Source: Actinomycetota bacterium | Lineage (GTDB): Bacteria > Actinomycetota > Geothermincolia > Fen-727 > Anoxymicrobiaceae | Reading direction: 5' to 3' | Assembly (NCBI GenBank): GCA_018896525.1 | Contig: JAHIMR010000054.1 | Span: 1 to 34,968, forward strand | DNA: 34,968 bases | Shown here: one piece after another, positions 33,103 through 34,968 of the stretch | Layout: every line of letters begins with the position of its first letter | Numbering within the stretch: the first letter of the stretch is position 1 | Notes under the pieces: generated by a model | The model's database searches: none | What the model was told of the DNA's origin: nothing | Seen by the model: only the letters and a program-made list of their open reading frames with translations | Translations under genes and position numbers: made by a program

Positions 33103-33945
33103 ATGAGAGCGCCCGGACGCCTCATCCGAGACCAGCGGGGCAGCGTGACCATACTCATGATCGCCTGCCTGTTCCTGGTGCTGTCGCTTTGCCTTCTCAC
33201 AGTCGACATCGGCCTCTACCTCACCGCGCGCCACCGGGCCCAGAACGCCGCCGACGCCGCCTCCCTCGCCGCGGTCCAGCAATCGTTTCCCCTGTTCGGC
33301 ACCGGGCAGCAACCGGAGGCCGCCGCCTCGAAGATCGCCGGGGCCAACGGCGCGACTCTCGAGATGATAGAGGTCTCGGACGGCGGCTCTCACGTGGAGG
33401 TCGAGGTGTCGGTGAGGCCTGGATCACTGCTGCTTCGCGGTATGGGGGTGGGTCCTGAGAAGGCGACCGCCCGGGCGGCGGCGGAAGTCGACATCGAAGC
33501 CCTGCTGGCCAGCAACCGGATATGGTACACAATGGATCCAACCGCGCTGGCCGGCCTCAGGTCGTTCCTCTCCCGCAGGGGTTCGGAGAGCTTCTCGAGC
33601 GTTTCCACGATGGTATCGCTGCTCTCCCTTCAGCACCTCGGCAAGCCGTACGTGTGGGGCGCCACCGGGCCGAACTACTTCGACTGCAGTGGGCTGGTCT
33701 GCTATGTATACGCGCAGATAGGCGTGCGCCTGCCAAGGGTCACCCACTCGCAGGTCCGTGTCGGCCGCGCGGTCCAGGCCGTCGAGCTCGCCCCCGGCGA
33801 CCTGGTCTTCTTCAGGGGGAACAGGCACGTGGGGATATACCTGGGCGGCGGCTGTTACGTGCACGCCCCCCGCACAGGGGACGTGGTGAAGGTGTCGCAG
33901 CTTGGCTCCCGGTCGGACCTGTCCGCCTGCAGGCGGGTGATTTGA
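33103..33945 (+). CDS. Fusion protein: TadE/G-like N-terminal pilus-assembly domain plus a C-terminal NlpC/P60 (C40) peptidoglycan endopeptidase
   Basis: The N-terminus is RGSVTILMIACLFLVLSLCLLTVDIGLYLTARHRAQNAADAASLAAV, a Tad_N-like TM segment. The C-terminus is GKPYVWGATGPNYFDCSGLVCYVYAQIG....GDLVFF.GNRHVGIYLGGGCYVHAP, with the Cys-His-His triad of NlpC/P60. Confidence 0.8.
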   Translation: MRAPGRLIRDQRGSVTILMIACLFLVLSLCLLTVDIGLYLTARHRAQNAADAASLAAVQQSFPLFGTGQQPEAAASKIAGANGATLEMIEVSDGGSHVEVEVSVRPGSLLLRGMGVGPEKATARAAAEVDIEALLASNRIWYTMDPTALAGLRSFLSRRGSESFSSVSTMVSLLSLQHLGKPYVWGATGPNYFDCSGLVCYVYAQIGVRLPRVTHSQVRVGRAVQAVELAPGDLVFFRGNRHVGIYLGGGCYVHAPRTGDVVKVSQLGSRSDLSACRRVI

Positions 33946-34049
33946 GCATCCCCGGATCGCGATACCCTCCACTCTTGAGTGCGCCTACCCGCATTCCTGG
34001 ACCGCGACTGAAATCGTCCCTCGAGGAGACCGGTGAGGCACTGTTCAAT

Positions 34050-34069
34050 TGATATCACATATGATATCA
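34050..34069. promoter_or_regulatory. Operator-like element TGATATCA-CATA-TGATATCA, two copies of a self-palindromic octamer, overlapping the 5' end of hicA
   Basis: Seen directly in the AT-rich sequence. HicB-type antitoxins autoregulate through such palindromes. Confidence 0.4.
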
Positions 34070-34092
34070 TCTACAAGGAAGGGTTGCCGGTT

Positions 34093-34338
34093 GTGACAAA
34101 CGTCAGGAAGGTAGTAGGCAAGGCCTGCGACTCACCACAAAACCTTAGGTTTCGAGAATTGCAGACTCTAATAACAGAGGTTGGGGGTTACACTCTGGAC
34201 CACGTGGATGGCAGTCATTGGCATTACAAGCTTGATGGCTATCTGCCAATAGGTATCACGTACTCCAGAGGACATGCATATGTCTATGAAGTCAGGGAAG
34301 TTGTAAAGATGTTCAAGCAGAGGGAGTGGATACGATGA
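34093..34338 (+). CDS. hicA: HicA-family toxin (mRNA interferase)
   Basis: It contains ...LRFRELQTLITEVGGYTLDHVDGSHWHYK..., the HicA G-SH motif on a dsRBD-like fold. A GTG at 34093 with an AAGGAAGGG RBS gives 81 aa. The ORF extends to 34033. The local GC is only about 45%. Confidence 0.65.
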   Translation: MTNVRKVVGKACDSPQNLRFRELQTLITEVGGYTLDHVDGSHWHYKLDGYLPIGITYSRGHAYVYEVREVVKMFKQREWIR

Positions 34339-34748
34339 AGGATGTTGATTATTACATGGAGCTCAATTACGAGGTGAACATAGAACCAACCCCTGAAGGT
34401 GAATACTTCGCGACAGTCCCTGATCTGCCCGGATGCATGGCCACAGCGAAGACCAGAGATTCGGCTCGGGTCTCAATTGAAGAGGCAAAATATGGTTGGT
34501 TCAAAGTCGCACTCAAGAGCAATGTTGAGATCAAAGAACCTCCCATTGAAAGGCAATACAGCGGAAGGATACTGTTTCGGACAAGCCCCGCCATACACCG
34601 GTTTCTTGTAGAGGAATCCAAGAGAAGCGGGCTCACTCTCAACACGTACCTCAACGTCCTCTTGACGCAGAATCGTTGCCTTCTCGACAGGCAAGCCATT
34701 GAGAAAACCATATCCCGATCGGCCGCGTCAATAGAGACCACCACTTGA
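34335..34748 (+). CDS. hicB: HicB-family antitoxin (RNase-H-like N-domain plus C-terminal RHH-like DNA-binding tail)
   Basis: It contains EGEYFATVPDLPGCMATAKTRDSARVSIEEA and the C-terminal GRILFRTSPAIHRFLVEESKRSGLTLNTYLNVLL. The ATG at 34335 overlaps the hicA stop (ATGA). An AGGGAGTGG RBS lies upstream. Confidence 0.8.
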   Translation: MKDVDYYMELNYEVNIEPTPEGEYFATVPDLPGCMATAKTRDSARVSIEEAKYGWFKVALKSNVEIKEPPIERQYSGRILFRTSPAIHRFLVEESKRSGLTLNTYLNVLLTQNRCLLDRQAIEKTISRSAASIETTT

Positions 34749-34769
34749 GGGGCGACTCTCCTGTCGCCC
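34749..34769 (+). terminator. GC hairpin GGGCGAC-TCTCCT-GTCGCCC immediately after the hicB stop. No clear U-tract follows.
   Basis: Seen directly in the sequence. Because the T-run is absent, its function as an intrinsic terminator is uncertain. Confidence 0.3.
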
Positions 34770-34968
34770 TCCGCTTCCTGCGGACTTCAGCCCGCGTCCC
34801 CGGCATTCCCTTCTTGAGCGCGGGGTTCAGCTCACTTTCCCCACCCATCACCGCACCTCCCGTCGTAATTTCTGATCTCGCGTTTCTCCGGCATCAGCTC
34901 CACCGAGCAGCAGGGCTTCAGTCAGCCCGAGAGCCCTGGTGTACTGCTGTAGCTCATCGGTAAGCGGA

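Overview
The window is high-GC (~63%) and probably comes from an uncultivated bacterium with a monoderm-like envelope. Genes for secreted, cell-surface and envelope proteins dominate it.

(1) Four giant secreted proteins of 790-1643 aa sit on the minus strand. Their N-terminal 'heads' differ completely: an S8 subtilase, a calcineurin-type metallophosphoesterase, a roughly 8-bladed GCEVWR-repeat beta-propeller, and a roughly 21-bladed BNR/Ycf48-like propeller array. All four end in the same module of 4-5 tandem ~110-aa domains. I could not assign this domain to a known family. Its signature is [WF]Y[LFV]AEG[ST]...GF.[TP][YW]..[LI]QNP...[VI]T[YL]M......R.T..V.D......DFS..V.....I.AER[AP]MY[WFY].

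(2) A duplicated surface-protein cassette lies on the minus strand. It has a conserved ~175-bp leader carrying three GGAACGAA direct repeats at 21-bp spacing plus a GC palindrome. A small secreted Thr-rich beta protein follows, then a larger protein with a signal peptide, a beta-sandwich region and a C-terminal TM anchor. There are three paralogs of this larger protein, resembling DUF916/DufA of Firmicutes WxL clusters. Two of them carry a poly-acidic cytoplasmic linker and an almost nucleotide-identical terminal motif GSGKLNLRRLFKRGRK. The third has lost the linker, and the motif is left out of frame.

(3) A minimal Flp/Tad-like pilus set is present: an Flp pilin, a CpaA prepilin peptidase, a TadE-like protein, and an unusual TadG-like N-domain fused to an NlpC/P60 peptidoglycan endopeptidase.

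(4) Two toxin-antitoxin pairs are present, MNT-HEPN and hicAB. A decayed MNT fragment lies next to the first pair. The hicAB pair sits in a low-GC island.

(5) A family of REP-like palindromic repeats (GTAGCGCCGGCAYCTTGCCGGCWTC, with the 5' GTAG that is typical of REPs) is dispersed through the window. It includes a 6x36-bp tandem array. A truncated IS200/RAYT-like Y1 transposase fragment at the left edge is associated with it.

The remaining genes are housekeeping. They encode an acyl-CoA synthetase, a gamma-carbonic-anhydrase-like protein, a polar amino acid ABC transporter (ATPase, permease and lipoprotein substrate-binding protein), a DMT/EamA transporter, a flotillin and a GlsB/YmgE-like small membrane protein.

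No rRNA, tRNA or CRISPR array was recognised.

All calls come from reading translations and motifs by eye. No database searches were run.
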